Of a stretch of 64,000 nucleotides of DNA, positions 52,987 through 64,000 are shown in pieces; the stretch's first letter is position 1, and the number at the start of each line of letters is the position of its first letter. The notes beneath the pieces were generated by a model. It saw nothing but the letters and a program-made list of their open reading frames with translations, made no database searches and was not told where the DNA came from. The position numbers and the translations under genes are program-made. Source of the DNA: an uncultured Acidobacteriota bacterium (GTDB taxonomy: Bacteria > Acidobacteriota > UBA6911); NCBI GenBank assembly GCA_963827655.1, contig CAWHCF010000010.1, forward strand, positions 96,001 to 160,000, written 5' to 3'.

Positions 52987-53080
52987 GATTCGACTTGACG
53001 ATTCGGTACGATTGACGATTTGACGATTGACGATTGAAGACCGGCTTCAATCGTCAATCGTCAATCGTCAATCGTCAATC
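52987..53080. repeat. Intercistronic heptamer (TCAATCG)n inverted tandem repeat hairpin
   Basis: gattgacgattgaag-accgg-cttcaatcgtcaatcgtcaatcgtcaatcgtcaatc. Confidence 0.85.
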
Positions 53081-54451
53081 CTTCTTGAGGCTGCTAAGAA
53101 TGCGCTGCTGGTACTCTCGCGCCTTCTGTTTGATCCGCTTCTCGTCCAGAGTCAGCACGCGCCCTTCCGACATCACGAGCTTGCCATTGATTATGCTCGT
53201 CTTCACATCCGCCCCCTTCAACGAATAGACCAGGTGGGAGTAAACGTTGTAAAGCGGAACGGCGTGGGCGAGGTCGGTTTCGACGACGATCAGATCCGCT
53301 CGCTTGCCCACCTCCAGCGACCCGATTTCCCCTTGCAGCCCGAGGGCGCGCGCTCCGCCTAGAGTGGCCATCTCTACGACTTTCTCGGCCGGCAGTGCCG
53401 TGGGGTTCATTGAGACAAGTTTGTGCAGCATAGCCGCCGAGCGCATCGCCTCGAACATGTCGAGATCATTGTTGCTGGCCGCTCCATCCGTTCCTAGGCC
53501 AACGGGAATTCCCAAGGCAAGCATTCTGACTACCGGGGCGGTTCCCGAAGCCAGTTTCATGTTGCTTTCCGGGTTGTGCGTCACACTGACACCCCGGTCT
53601 TTGATGATAGCAAGATCCTCTTCCGTCAACCAAACGCCATGATTGAAGACCACTCCAGCGTTCAGCACATCGAGCTTTCTCAGCCACCCGGTCGAGGTCA
53701 TGCCGTATTTCTGCTGCATCTGGCTGACTTCGTCCTGAGTCTCGGAGACGTGAATGATCATGGGGACGCGATATTTGTCCGCGAGGGCCTTGCATGCTTT
53801 CAGGATCTCGCCGGAATTGGTGTACGGGGCATGAGGCGCGACGGCCGGAATGATTCGGGCGCTTCCCTTCCAGCGCTGGATGAACTTCTCGGTGTAGGCG
53901 ACCGCATCTTGCGGGCTCTTGTTGTCCGGCGCCGGAAACTCAATGATCGTTTCCCCCAGCACTCCTCGCATGCCGGCGCGGTCGGTGGCCTGCGCAACCT
54001 GATCTTCGAAGTAATACATGTCGGCGTAGGTGGTCGTTCCAGACTGAATCATCTCGAGGCAGGCGAGCGCGGTTCCCGCTTCAACAAAGTCCGCGGTGAC
54101 GTTCCTGGCTTCGGCCGGGAAGATGAATTTCTGCAGCCACTCCATCAGGGCCATGTCGTCGGCGATTCCTCGAAAAAGCACCATCGCGGCATGGTTGTGC
54201 GTGTTGATGAGTCCGGGAAGAACAATCTTCCCGATGGCGGAAATCTGTCGCGCAGCCTGGTATTGATCGCTGAGTTCAGAGGCCTTCCCGACGGCAACTA
54301 TTCGCTCGCCGCGGATAGCCACGGCTCCTGCTTCAATCACCCGGCGCGACGCATCCATCGTCACCACGGTGGCGCCGGTGACCATCAGATCCACCCGTTC
54401 CTTGGGCGGCGCCGAAAAACCACCGGGACCCGAAGAGGCGAAGACACACAA
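53075..54451 (-). CDS. Amidohydrolase, MTA/SAH deaminase-like; start uncertain, possible signal peptide
   Basis: PGLINTHNH; SGTTTYADMY; PHAPYT; HVSET; HNPESNMKLASG; GTDGAASNNDLD. Confidence 0.85.
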   Translation of the reverse strand: MCVFASSGPGGFSAPPKERVDLMVTGATVVTMDASRRVIEAGAVAIRGERIVAVGKASELSDQYQAARQISAIGKIVLPGLINTHNHAAMVLFRGIADDMALMEWLQKFIFPAEARNVTADFVEAGTALACLEMIQSGTTTYADMYYFEDQVAQATDRAGMRGVLGETIIEFPAPDNKSPQDAVAYTEKFIQRWKGSARIIPAVAPHAPYTNSGEILKACKALADKYRVPMIIHVSETQDEVSQMQQKYGMTSTGWLRKLDVLNAGVVFNHGVWLTEEDLAIIKDRGVSVTHNPESNMKLASGTAPVVRMLALGIPVGLGTDGAASNNDLDMFEAMRSAAMLHKLVSMNPTALPAEKVVEMATLGGARALGLQGEIGSLEVGKRADLIVVETDLAHAVPLYNVYSHLVYSLKGADVKTSIINGKLVMSEGRVLTLDEKRIKQKAREYQQRILSSLKKD

Positions 54452-54498
54452 AGACCATAGAATTACTGCTCGCCGCTGTTTTGGTTCGCAGCACAGAA

Positions 54499-54897
54499 CT
54501 ATTCCTTGTTGATGAAACTTTGATCGAAGGGGAAGGGAAAGAGAGCTTTCAATTGATGTTTGATCTCATCGCCGCGCAGGTTTGAGAGAATGACTTCGAC
54601 ATCGCCGCAGAATTCCCAAAGGAGCTGGCGGCAAGCGCCGCACGGAGGGGTCAAAACATCGGTATCCGCTACCACCGCGATTCGTTGAAATTCCGATTCC
54701 CCCTCGGAAATGGCTTTCCAGAGGGCGACCCGCTCGGCGCAAACCGTCAGCCCATAGGTGGAATTCTCCACATTGCAACCGGTGAAAATCTTACCCTGCA
54801 GCGTCTCGAGCGCAGCTCCTACTTTGAATCCCGAATAGGAGGCGCGCGCATTGAGACGCGCCCGCCGAGCTTCACGGATCACATCCGCGACCTTCAT
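54499..54897 (-). CDS. cdd: Cytidine deaminase (homotetrameric type)
   Basis: YSGFKVGAAL; GCNVEN; CAERVA; PCGACRQ. Confidence 0.95.
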   Translation of the reverse strand: MKVADVIREARRARLNARASYSGFKVGAALETLQGKIFTGCNVENSTYGLTVCAERVALWKAISEGESEFQRIAVVADTDVLTPPCGACRQLLWEFCGDVEVILSNLRGDEIKHQLKALFPFPFDQSFINKE

Positions 54898-55730
54898 GGT
54901 TTTGCTTCCAGCCGGCGGGCCAGGGCCGGGATGATCCCGCTCAACAGTGATATAAACTGCTCTTTGACCCTTTCCGTTGTATCGATCACCTCCTGGTGCG
55001 TCAGCTTTTGCGGGAGAATTCCGGCCGCCATATTGGTAATGCATGAGATGCCCAGGACCCGGATGCCCATGTGGTTGGCGACAATCACCTCAGGCACCGT
55101 TGACATTCCGACGGCATCGCCTCCAAGGCCCCGGCACATGCGAATCTCCGCCGGTGTTTCGTAGCTAGGACCGGTCAGGCCGACGTAGACACCCTCCCGG
55201 AGAGTAATCCCGCGCTGAGCGGCGACTTGACTGGCGGTGCGCCGCATCTCAGAATCGTAGGCCTCGCTCATGTCTGGAAAGCGCACTCCAAGCTCTTCGA
55301 GGTTCGGTCCGATGAGGGGATTCGTCCCCATCATGTTGATATGATCTGTAATGAGCATGAGATCGCCCGGGCGGAAGTTCACGTTAATACCACCCGCGGC
55401 ATTGGTAACGATGAGCTGCTTGATCCCCAGGCAACCCAGAACGCGAGCAGGATAGGTTACTTCGGCCAGGGAATACCCTTCGTAGTAGTGCACTCGCCCT
55501 TGCAGCGCGACCGCAGGGATGCCTTCCGCCTCACCGATTACCAGATTTCCGGAATGGCCCAGCACCGTTGATCGAGGGAAGTTGGGAAGATCCTCGAACG
55601 GCACCACTGTGCGATTTCGAAACCTGTCGGCATAGGGTCCCAGCCCCGAACCCAGAATCAGCCCCAGGGCCGGAACACCGGGATGGCGAGCCGTTACGGC
55701 CGCCACCGTTTCTTGCAGTTTGGCATACAT
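54894..55730 (-). CDS. punA: Purine-nucleoside phosphorylase (trimeric type)
   Basis: LILGSGLG; GRVHYYEG; TNAAGG; GPSYETPAE; VGMSTVPE; TNMAAG. Confidence 0.92.
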   Translation of the reverse strand: MYAKLQETVAAVTARHPGVPALGLILGSGLGPYADRFRNRTVVPFEDLPNFPRSTVLGHSGNLVIGEAEGIPAVALQGRVHYYEGYSLAEVTYPARVLGCLGIKQLIVTNAAGGINVNFRPGDLMLITDHINMMGTNPLIGPNLEELGVRFPDMSEAYDSEMRRTASQVAAQRGITLREGVYVGLTGPSYETPAEIRMCRGLGGDAVGMSTVPEVIVANHMGIRVLGISCITNMAAGILPQKLTHQEVIDTTERVKEQFISLLSGIIPALARRLEAKP

Positions 55731-55760
55731 CCGCCGAACCTACCGCCAAGACCCGAAGAA

Positions 55761-57074
55761 TCAGGAGATAACTTTCTTTACCAGCTCCGGTCTTTCCACA
55801 GGAGCAGGCGAGAACTTATAGGACTCGATCAACCGCCGGCGCGCCTCCGCGTGGCGCGCCTCATCGTTGTAGTAGACGGTGCACAACGCTTCACCCTTCT
55901 CCAAGCCATCGCCAATCTTCTTGTGAAAGCGTACGCCGACCGCATGATCTATTGGCGAATCGATCGTCTGCCTGCCCGCTCCGAGGACGCCGATTGCAAG
56001 ACCGATCATCTCGGTATCCATGCTTTCAAGGTAGCCCTGTCCCGGCGAGAGAATAGTGGATTCAAAATGCGCCCGCGGAAGCCCCGAGTAGTCATCGACG
56101 ACCGCGGTATCTCCCTCCTGCGCTCGAACCATCTCGCGGAATTTGTCCAGGGCCCGGCCCGAATCGATCAGCTCACGAAACAACTTGCGCCCGTGATCCA
56201 CGTCAGGAACGGCCTCCCCGAACCACAGGCAGTATGCCGACAGCTCGCGGCATAACGTCACCAGATCCTCCGTCCCCCTGCCTTTCAGCACTTCGAGACA
56301 TTCCAATACTTCGAGCGAGTTGCCGGCGTACTCGCCCAGCGGCTGGTTCATGTCGGTCATGAGGGCGACCATTCGCTTGCCGCAGCTCTTTCCTATAGCA
56401 ACCATGGCTCGGGCAAGCGTCTCGGCGTCCTCGCTGCGTTTCATGAAGGCGCCGCTTCCCGTCTTGACATCCAGGACGAGCGCGTCAATTCCTTCGGCAA
56501 GCTTCTTGCTCATGATGCTGGTGGCGATTAAGGGGTGGCTGTCGACCGTACCCGTGACGTCTCTGAGCGCGTAGAGTTTGCGGTCCGCCGGGACCAGGTC
56601 TTCCGTCTGTCCGATCAGGCAGGCGCCCACCCGGGCAAGGATCTTCTTGAAGCGATCGGGACTGAGCCGCACATTGAACCCTGGAATTGCCTCCAGTTTG
56701 TCAAGGGTTCCGCCGGTGTGCGCCAGGCCGCGGCCGGAGATCATGGGAACGACAATGCCGGCGGCTGCGACTACGGGGGCTATCACGAGCGAGGTCTTAT
56801 CGCCCACTCCTCCGGTGGAATGCTTGTCCACCTTTCGGCCCGGAAGATCGCCGAGATCGATGACAGAACCCGACTGCCGCATCTCCTCGGTCATCGCCGC
56901 CATTTCCTGGTCGGTCATGCCGCGAAAGACGACAGCCATCAGAAAAGCCGATACCTGATAATCGGGAATCTCCCCCTTGCAGTATCCCCGGATCAGGAAT
57001 GCAATTTCGTCCCGGGATAGTTCCCCTCCCGCGCGCTTCTTCCGAATCATTGGTGTCAGGCCTTGAAAACTCAC
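55761..57074 (-). CDS. pdp: Pyrimidine-nucleoside/thymidine phosphorylase
   Basis: DKHSTGGVGDK; MISGRGLAHTGGTLDKLE; SIMSKKLAEG; DVKTGSGAF; start approximate. Confidence 0.92.
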   Translation of the reverse strand: MSFQGLTPMIRKKRAGGELSRDEIAFLIRGYCKGEIPDYQVSAFLMAVVFRGMTDQEMAAMTEEMRQSGSVIDLGDLPGRKVDKHSTGGVGDKTSLVIAPVVAAAGIVVPMISGRGLAHTGGTLDKLEAIPGFNVRLSPDRFKKILARVGACLIGQTEDLVPADRKLYALRDVTGTVDSHPLIATSIMSKKLAEGIDALVLDVKTGSGAFMKRSEDAETLARAMVAIGKSCGKRMVALMTDMNQPLGEYAGNSLEVLECLEVLKGRGTEDLVTLCRELSAYCLWFGEAVPDVDHGRKLFRELIDSGRALDKFREMVRAQEGDTAVVDDYSGLPRAHFESTILSPGQGYLESMDTEMIGLAIGVLGAGRQTIDSPIDHAVGVRFHKKIGDGLEKGEALCTVYYNDEARHAEARRRLIESYKFSPAPVERPELVKKVIS

Positions 57075-57137
57075 TTCTGACGCTCTCCTCGGCATCCCGG
57101 TGCCGTCACCCCAAATGAATCTTCAAGGCTTGACACC

Positions 57138-57190
57138 AAAACAAAAAAGCTATCGAACGGCGCCATCGGAACGGCAACGCTGATAGCTTC
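57138..57190 (-). terminator. Intrinsic terminator-like hairpin after rpsU
   Basis: Minus strand aagctatc...gatagctt followed by a T-run (ttttgttttg). Confidence 0.55.
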
Positions 57191-57226
57191 TGCCAGAAAA
57201 AAGCTGGGCCCGGCGATACGAAAATC

Positions 57227-57427
57227 TTACGAGCGACTATAATTTCGCATTTTCTTTCGCAGGCGCTTTCGGGCCAGCGCCTGCTTGATCCGCTTCTTTT
57301 CGCCCGGTTTCAAGTAGAAAGAGTGTTTCTTTGCGTCCTTGATGATGTCTTCCTGTTGAACCTTGCGTTTAAAGCGGCGAAGGGCACTTTCGAGCGATTC
57401 GCCTTCGTTCAGAACGACTTCCGCCAA
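57227..57427 (-). CDS. rpsU: 30S ribosomal protein S21
   Basis: EGESLESALRRFKRKVQQEDIIKDAKKHSFYLKP; TTG start after GAGGAGG. Confidence 0.95.
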   Translation of the reverse strand: MAEVVLNEGESLESALRRFKRKVQQEDIIKDAKKHSFYLKPGEKKRIKQALARKRLRKKMRNYSRS

Positions 57428-57537
57428 GCTACATACCTCCTCGTGTGAGGGGGAAAAGGTACGCTGGCCCCGCCCACCTGTCAAGGCGGAAATTGCCCGT
57501 TGAGCCAGGTCCGTAGGGCCGGCAATGCGTAAGCCCT

Positions 57538-57607
57538 GTTTCTTCGTGTCTTTGAGTCTTAGAATGGTATTGGTTAGACAGCACTAACCACAAAGACTCG
57601 AAGAAAC
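57538..57607. repeat. ACCAC(G/A)AAGAC-family palindrome downstream of the gyrB-gyrA-TPR run
   Basis: ttcttcgtgtctttgagtctt..tggttag..ctaaccacaaagactcgaagaa. Confidence 0.65.
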
Positions 57608-57608
57608 A

Positions 57609-58406
57609 CTATTCAGGCACGGGGCCTGTCACCGAATTCTGCTTCGCCGCCAGTCTGACTATTTCGCGGTTAATCTGCTCCGGATTCTCTCCTGTCCCAT
57701 CCAGCCGATGAAGCGTTTCTATCGCGTTGTCGAAGTCATACACAGCTTCGTAGGTCTGGGCCAGGCTCAGAAGGGCGCGCCGCCGACATTCGATGCAGGG
57801 GGATTCCGTCACCTTGTGGAATGAGCCCAGCGCATTCTCGAATCGCTTGCGAATCTGGTAAATGGTGCCGATCTTGAGGCGTACCTGATCTGCGAGATGG
57901 CCGGTCACTCCCGTATCCTCGATGCGCATCAAATCCCTCAAGGCGCGGTCCAGGTCATTCAGCTTGAAGTAGGCATTCGCTCGCCGGAACTGAATCTCGG
58001 CGCGGTTGTCGAGTTCCTTCGACGCAAGCACAAGGTCGTATTCGTAGATAGCCTGGGTCAGGTCGCCAAGCTCGTTGGCGTAAATACCAGCCAGCTGCTC
58101 GCGCGCCTTCCGCTCCTCCGCGCTTCCGGGAAGTTCGCTAACAAGTTTCTGGTAGGTCTCGATCGCTTTGTTTAACTGTCGCAGATTCAAATAGTAGATG
58201 TTCCCGGCGTTCAAGAGAGCCTTCGCGGCGTACCTTCCCCGGGAGTCGCGGTCGTAGAGAAGCAAGTTCAGTCGAACGGCGTCCTCGTAATTTCCTTCCC
58301 GCCAGCGCGCCTCAGCTTGCTCGAGGAGCTGGCGCGAACTCGAGTTACACCCCTGCGTTACCATGAACAGGGCCAACAAGCTCCACGCCAGCGGCCGCCA
58401 GTTCAC
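57609..58406 (-). CDS. Tetratricopeptide-repeat lipoprotein
   Basis: Lipoprotein-like leader ending TQGC; TPR patterns ([29 protein letters not shown]); overlaps the gyrA stop. Confidence 0.8.
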   Translation of the reverse strand: MNWRPLAWSLLALFMVTQGCNSSSRQLLEQAEARWREGNYEDAVRLNLLLYDRDSRGRYAAKALLNAGNIYYLNLRQLNKAIETYQKLVSELPGSAEERKAREQLAGIYANELGDLTQAIYEYDLVLASKELDNRAEIQFRRANAYFKLNDLDRALRDLMRIEDTGVTGHLADQVRLKIGTIYQIRKRFENALGSFHKVTESPCIECRRRALLSLAQTYEAVYDFDNAIETLHRLDGTGENPEQINREIVRLAAKQNSVTGPVPE

Positions 58407-60850
58407 GCTTCACCCCCCTCCTCGCCCTCCTCGCCGGCCACGACCGTTACGCTGGCGACGTAATCCCCATCTTCCAAATCGATGCACTTGACGCCGATGG
58501 CGGCCCGGCCCTGCGTGTTCCGTATGTCCTCGGCATGGAGTTGGATCAGTTTACCCTGCGCGGTAATGAGCATGACCGACGACTCATCATCGACGCGGCA
58601 CGTGTTTACCACCCGGCCATTCTTCTCTCCGACCTTGATATTGATTACTCCCGATCCACCTCTCCCCTGCCGCGGATACTCTTCAATGTTGGTGCGCTTG
58701 CCGAAACCCTTTTCGGTGACGGTAAGAAACTGGCCATCTCCGGAGAAGGCGGACATACCCACGACCGCATCGTCTTCAGCCAGCCGAATTCCAATCACTC
58801 CGCGCGCGGTGCGACCCATATCTCGGACGTCCTCTTCGGAAAAGCGAATGGCTTTTCCGTTGCGCGTAGCAAGCAGGATGTCGTAAGACCCATCGGTGAG
58901 CTGGCATCCGATAAGCTCGTCATCCGGTGGAACCGAAATGGCGATAATGCCGGAGCTGCGCGGGTTTGAATATTCAGCCAGGGCCGTCTTCTTCACGATG
59001 CCCTCGTGCGTGGCCATGACCACATACTTGTCGGCATCGAAGTCTTTGATCGCGACGATGTCGGCAATCTTCTCGTCGCGCGACATGTTGACCAGATTGA
59101 CGATGGCCTTTCCCTTGCCGGCTGTCCCGACGTCGGGGATCTCGTAGACCTTGAGCCAGTAAACCTGTCCCCGATTCGTGAAGATGAGCAGGTAGGTGTG
59201 GGTCGACGCCACGAAGACGTGGTCGATGAAATCTTCGTCCCGCGTCGTCATTCCGATACGTCCTTTGCCGCCGCGTCCCTGCGCCCGATACAAGGACTTG
59301 CTGGTCCGCTTGATATAGCCCGAGTGCGTCACCGTGATCACCACATCTTCATCGGCGATGAGGTCTTCGAGAGTGAGTTCAACCTCCTCGTCTACGATCT
59401 GGGTGCGCCGCGCGTCGCCGAAGTTTTTCTTGATCTCTTTCAACTCGTCGACGATCACGCTCTCAAGCACTTTCTCGCTGGCGAGAATCTCCTTCAGGCG
59501 GGCGATGAGCTTGAGAGTCTCTTCATATTCGTTGACGATTTTCTCGCGCTCCAGGCCCGTCAACCGCTGCAAGCGCATCTCCAGGATCGCCTGCGCCTGG
59601 GCTTCGCTGAATTCGAACCGGGTCATGAGGCCTTCCTTGGCCACGGCCGGCTCTTTCGAAGCCCGGATCAGCGTGATGATGGCGTCGAGCATGTCGAGAG
59701 CGCGCTTGAGTCCTTCGAGGATGTGGGCCCGGGCTTCCGCCTTCTTCAATTCGAAGATGGTCCTGCGCCGCACGACATCCTTGCGGTGATCGATGAAACA
59801 GACGAGAGCCTCCCGCAAGTCCAGGATCCGCGGCTGGTTTTTGACGATGGTGAGAAGAATGATGCCAAAGCTCGACTGCATCGGCGTCAATTTGTACAGA
59901 TTGTTCAGGACCACCTGGGCCGGCTCTTCCTTCTTGAGCTCGATAACGATGCGCATCCCTTCCCGGTCGGACTCATCCCGGAGATCGGAAATACCTTCCA
60001 GCCTCTTGTCCCTGACCAGCTCTGCAATCCGCTCGATCAGTTTCGCCTTGTTCACCTGAAACGGGATCTCCGTGACGATGATGGCATCCCGCTCCCGGGA
60101 CAGTCGCTCGATTGCCGCCCGCGCCCTCATCACCACAATACCCCGGCCCTTCCGGTAGGCCGCGCGGATCCCGTTTCGCCCATAGATGATTCCCGCCGTG
60201 GGAAAGTCCGGCCCCGGCACGTGGGCCATGAGTTCGTCGATCGTCGCGTCGCGGTTCTCGATCAGCAGAACGGTTGCGTCTATGATCTCGCCGAGGTTGT
60301 GCGGCGGAACATTGGTCGCCATCCCAACGGCGATGCCCGACGATCCGTTGACCAGGAGGTTGGGAAATCGGGCCGGCAGCACCAGCGGTTCTTGAAGCGA
60401 GCTGTCGTAGTTCGGGCCAAAATCTACGGTTTCCTTTTCAATGTCGGCCAGCAGTTCGTCGGCCAGGCGGCTCATCCGTACTTCGGTATAACGCATCGCC
60501 CCCGCGTTGTCTCCGTCGACCGAGCCGAAGTTCCCCTGCCCATCGATGAGGGGATAGCGCAGCGAGAAATCCTGAACCATTCGTACGATCGTGTCATAGA
60601 CGGCATCGGGTCCATGAGGATGATACTTGCCGATGACATCACCGACGATTCGAGCGGATTTCTTGTAGGGTTTGTTAAAGGTGTTTCCCAGCTCGTTCAT
60701 GGCGTGCAAGACACGCCGGTGCACAGGCTTTAGTCCATCCCGGGCATCGGGCAACGCGCGGCCAATGATTACGCTCATCGCGTAATCCAGATAGGACGTG
60801 CGCATCTCGTCGATGATGTTGACCGGGACCGGCTCGAGAATGGATGCCAT
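58403..60850 (-). CDS. gyrA: DNA gyrase subunit A
   Basis: [10 protein letters not shown]; GKYHPHG; AMRYTE catalytic Tyr; GyrA-box QGRGGKG. Confidence 0.98.
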   Translation of the reverse strand: MASILEPVPVNIIDEMRTSYLDYAMSVIIGRALPDARDGLKPVHRRVLHAMNELGNTFNKPYKKSARIVGDVIGKYHPHGPDAVYDTIVRMVQDFSLRYPLIDGQGNFGSVDGDNAGAMRYTEVRMSRLADELLADIEKETVDFGPNYDSSLQEPLVLPARFPNLLVNGSSGIAVGMATNVPPHNLGEIIDATVLLIENRDATIDELMAHVPGPDFPTAGIIYGRNGIRAAYRKGRGIVVMRARAAIERLSRERDAIIVTEIPFQVNKAKLIERIAELVRDKRLEGISDLRDESDREGMRIVIELKKEEPAQVVLNNLYKLTPMQSSFGIILLTIVKNQPRILDLREALVCFIDHRKDVVRRRTIFELKKAEARAHILEGLKRALDMLDAIITLIRASKEPAVAKEGLMTRFEFSEAQAQAILEMRLQRLTGLEREKIVNEYEETLKLIARLKEILASEKVLESVIVDELKEIKKNFGDARRTQIVDEEVELTLEDLIADEDVVITVTHSGYIKRTSKSLYRAQGRGGKGRIGMTTRDEDFIDHVFVASTHTYLLIFTNRGQVYWLKVYEIPDVGTAGKGKAIVNLVNMSRDEKIADIVAIKDFDADKYVVMATHEGIVKKTALAEYSNPRSSGIIAISVPPDDELIGCQLTDGSYDILLATRNGKAIRFSEEDVRDMGRTARGVIGIRLAEDDAVVGMSAFSGDGQFLTVTEKGFGKRTNIEEYPRQGRGGSGVINIKVGEKNGRVVNTCRVDDESSVMLITAQGKLIQLHAEDIRNTQGRAAIGVKCIDLEDGDYVASVTVVAGEEGEEGGEA

Positions 60851-60893
60851 AGAATTCAGGATTTCCTGGCGTGTTGGGGGTTAAAAAGCTCCG

Positions 60894-63365
<2,472 letters not shown>

Positions 63366-63471
63366 TCAGAATTCCCGTTTCCCGGTCAGTCGGGTCTCAG
63401 ATGATCCCCGCTCATCATGGACCTAACCCTAATTTTTACAACGAGTTATTTGTCGCGGGACATAAAGCGGA

Positions 63472-63480
63472 ATTATACCA
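63472..63480 (-). promoter_or_regulatory. Extended -10 promoter candidate for gyrB
   Basis: TGGTATAAT (TGn + TATAAT) on the minus strand ~107 nt upstream of gyrB; no good -35. Confidence 0.55.
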
Positions 63481-63575
63481 CACGCGGAGGGCAAACCGGA
63501 GGGGAAATTACCCCTTGCGCCTTTACGTATTTAGGTCGTTAAGTGCTAACAAACAAAGGCTTCACGAACACACGC

Positions 63576-64000
63576 TTAACCGGGAAGGAGACGGGATCTT
63601 CCTGCGTCGATTTCGAATCTGCGCACCTCGCAACCCAATGGTGGAAGAAAAGACGGTTTTGCGGTGGCCAGAAAGGTTTGCGTCCGCTCCGAGACATAGC
63701 CGAGGAATATTCTCAGGCGCTCGGCATCGAGTTCGGCTTCCACGTCGTCCATGAGGAAAACCGGGTAGAAGCCATGAATCCTTCGGTGGATTTCCATTTG
63801 CGCCAGGTACAGCAAGATCAGACAGCTCCGCTGCTGTCCGGCGGAACCGAAATCCGCCAGCGCTCTTCCATTGACGAACAGCTTGAGATCGTCCCGATGG
63901 GGTCCGACGGAGGTAAAACCACTCTTGAGGTCCAGGCTCATCGACCGCGAAAGTTTCGCCCTGAATTCGGTTTCCAGTTCTTGCGGGGTGTGCCCTTCCA
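63576..64000 (-). CDS. recF: DNA replication/repair protein RecF, 3' part (runs off window)
   Basis: TSVGPHRDDL; GSAGQQRS; LMDDVEAELD; position directly upstream of gyrB. Confidence 0.93.
   Translation of the reverse strand, partial: EGHTPQELETEFRAKLSRSMSLDLKSGFTSVGPHRDDLKLFVNGRALADFGSAGQQRSCLILLYLAQMEIHRRIHGFYPVFLMDDVEAELDAERLRIFLGYVSERTQTFLATAKPSFLPPLGCEVRRFEIDAGRSRLLPG

Noticed and set aside
52987-53080. Possible CRISPR array
   Set aside because: Contiguous 7-nt units without spacers; no cas genes in the window.
63366-63575. oriC in the AT-richer recF-gyrB spacer
   Set aside because: No cluster of TTATCCACA-type DnaA boxes; better explained as the gyrB promoter region.

Overview
GC-rich bacterial chromosome segment, most consistent with an Acidobacteriota member. 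This rests on CarboxypepD-type TonB-dependent receptors, an ADOP-type orphan ABC permease, an ECF sigma/Ser-Thr kinase pair, a wHTH-TolB regulator and a DUF1501/DUF1549-DUF1553 cluster. About 1-39 kb is an accessory mosaic of TBDRs, TA modules, secreted hydrolases, membrane-anchored regulators and several short gene relics. About 39-64 kb is core or semi-core: alpha-2-macroglobulin-pbpC, a large nucleoside/purine salvage cluster with ispG, rpsU, gyrA, gyrB and partial recF, so it is probably close to the dnaA/oriC region. About a dozen single-base frameshifts split otherwise intact genes and are most likely long-read errors. The most striking observation is at 13-23 kb. Two convergent secreted proteins share an unrecognised ~100-aa domain (46/100 identical, gap-free by manual alignment), and each is divergently paired with its own membrane-anchored TolB-propeller regulator (ECF+kinase on one side, wHTH one-component regulator on the other). 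No rRNA, tRNA, CRISPR array or intact transposase was seen.
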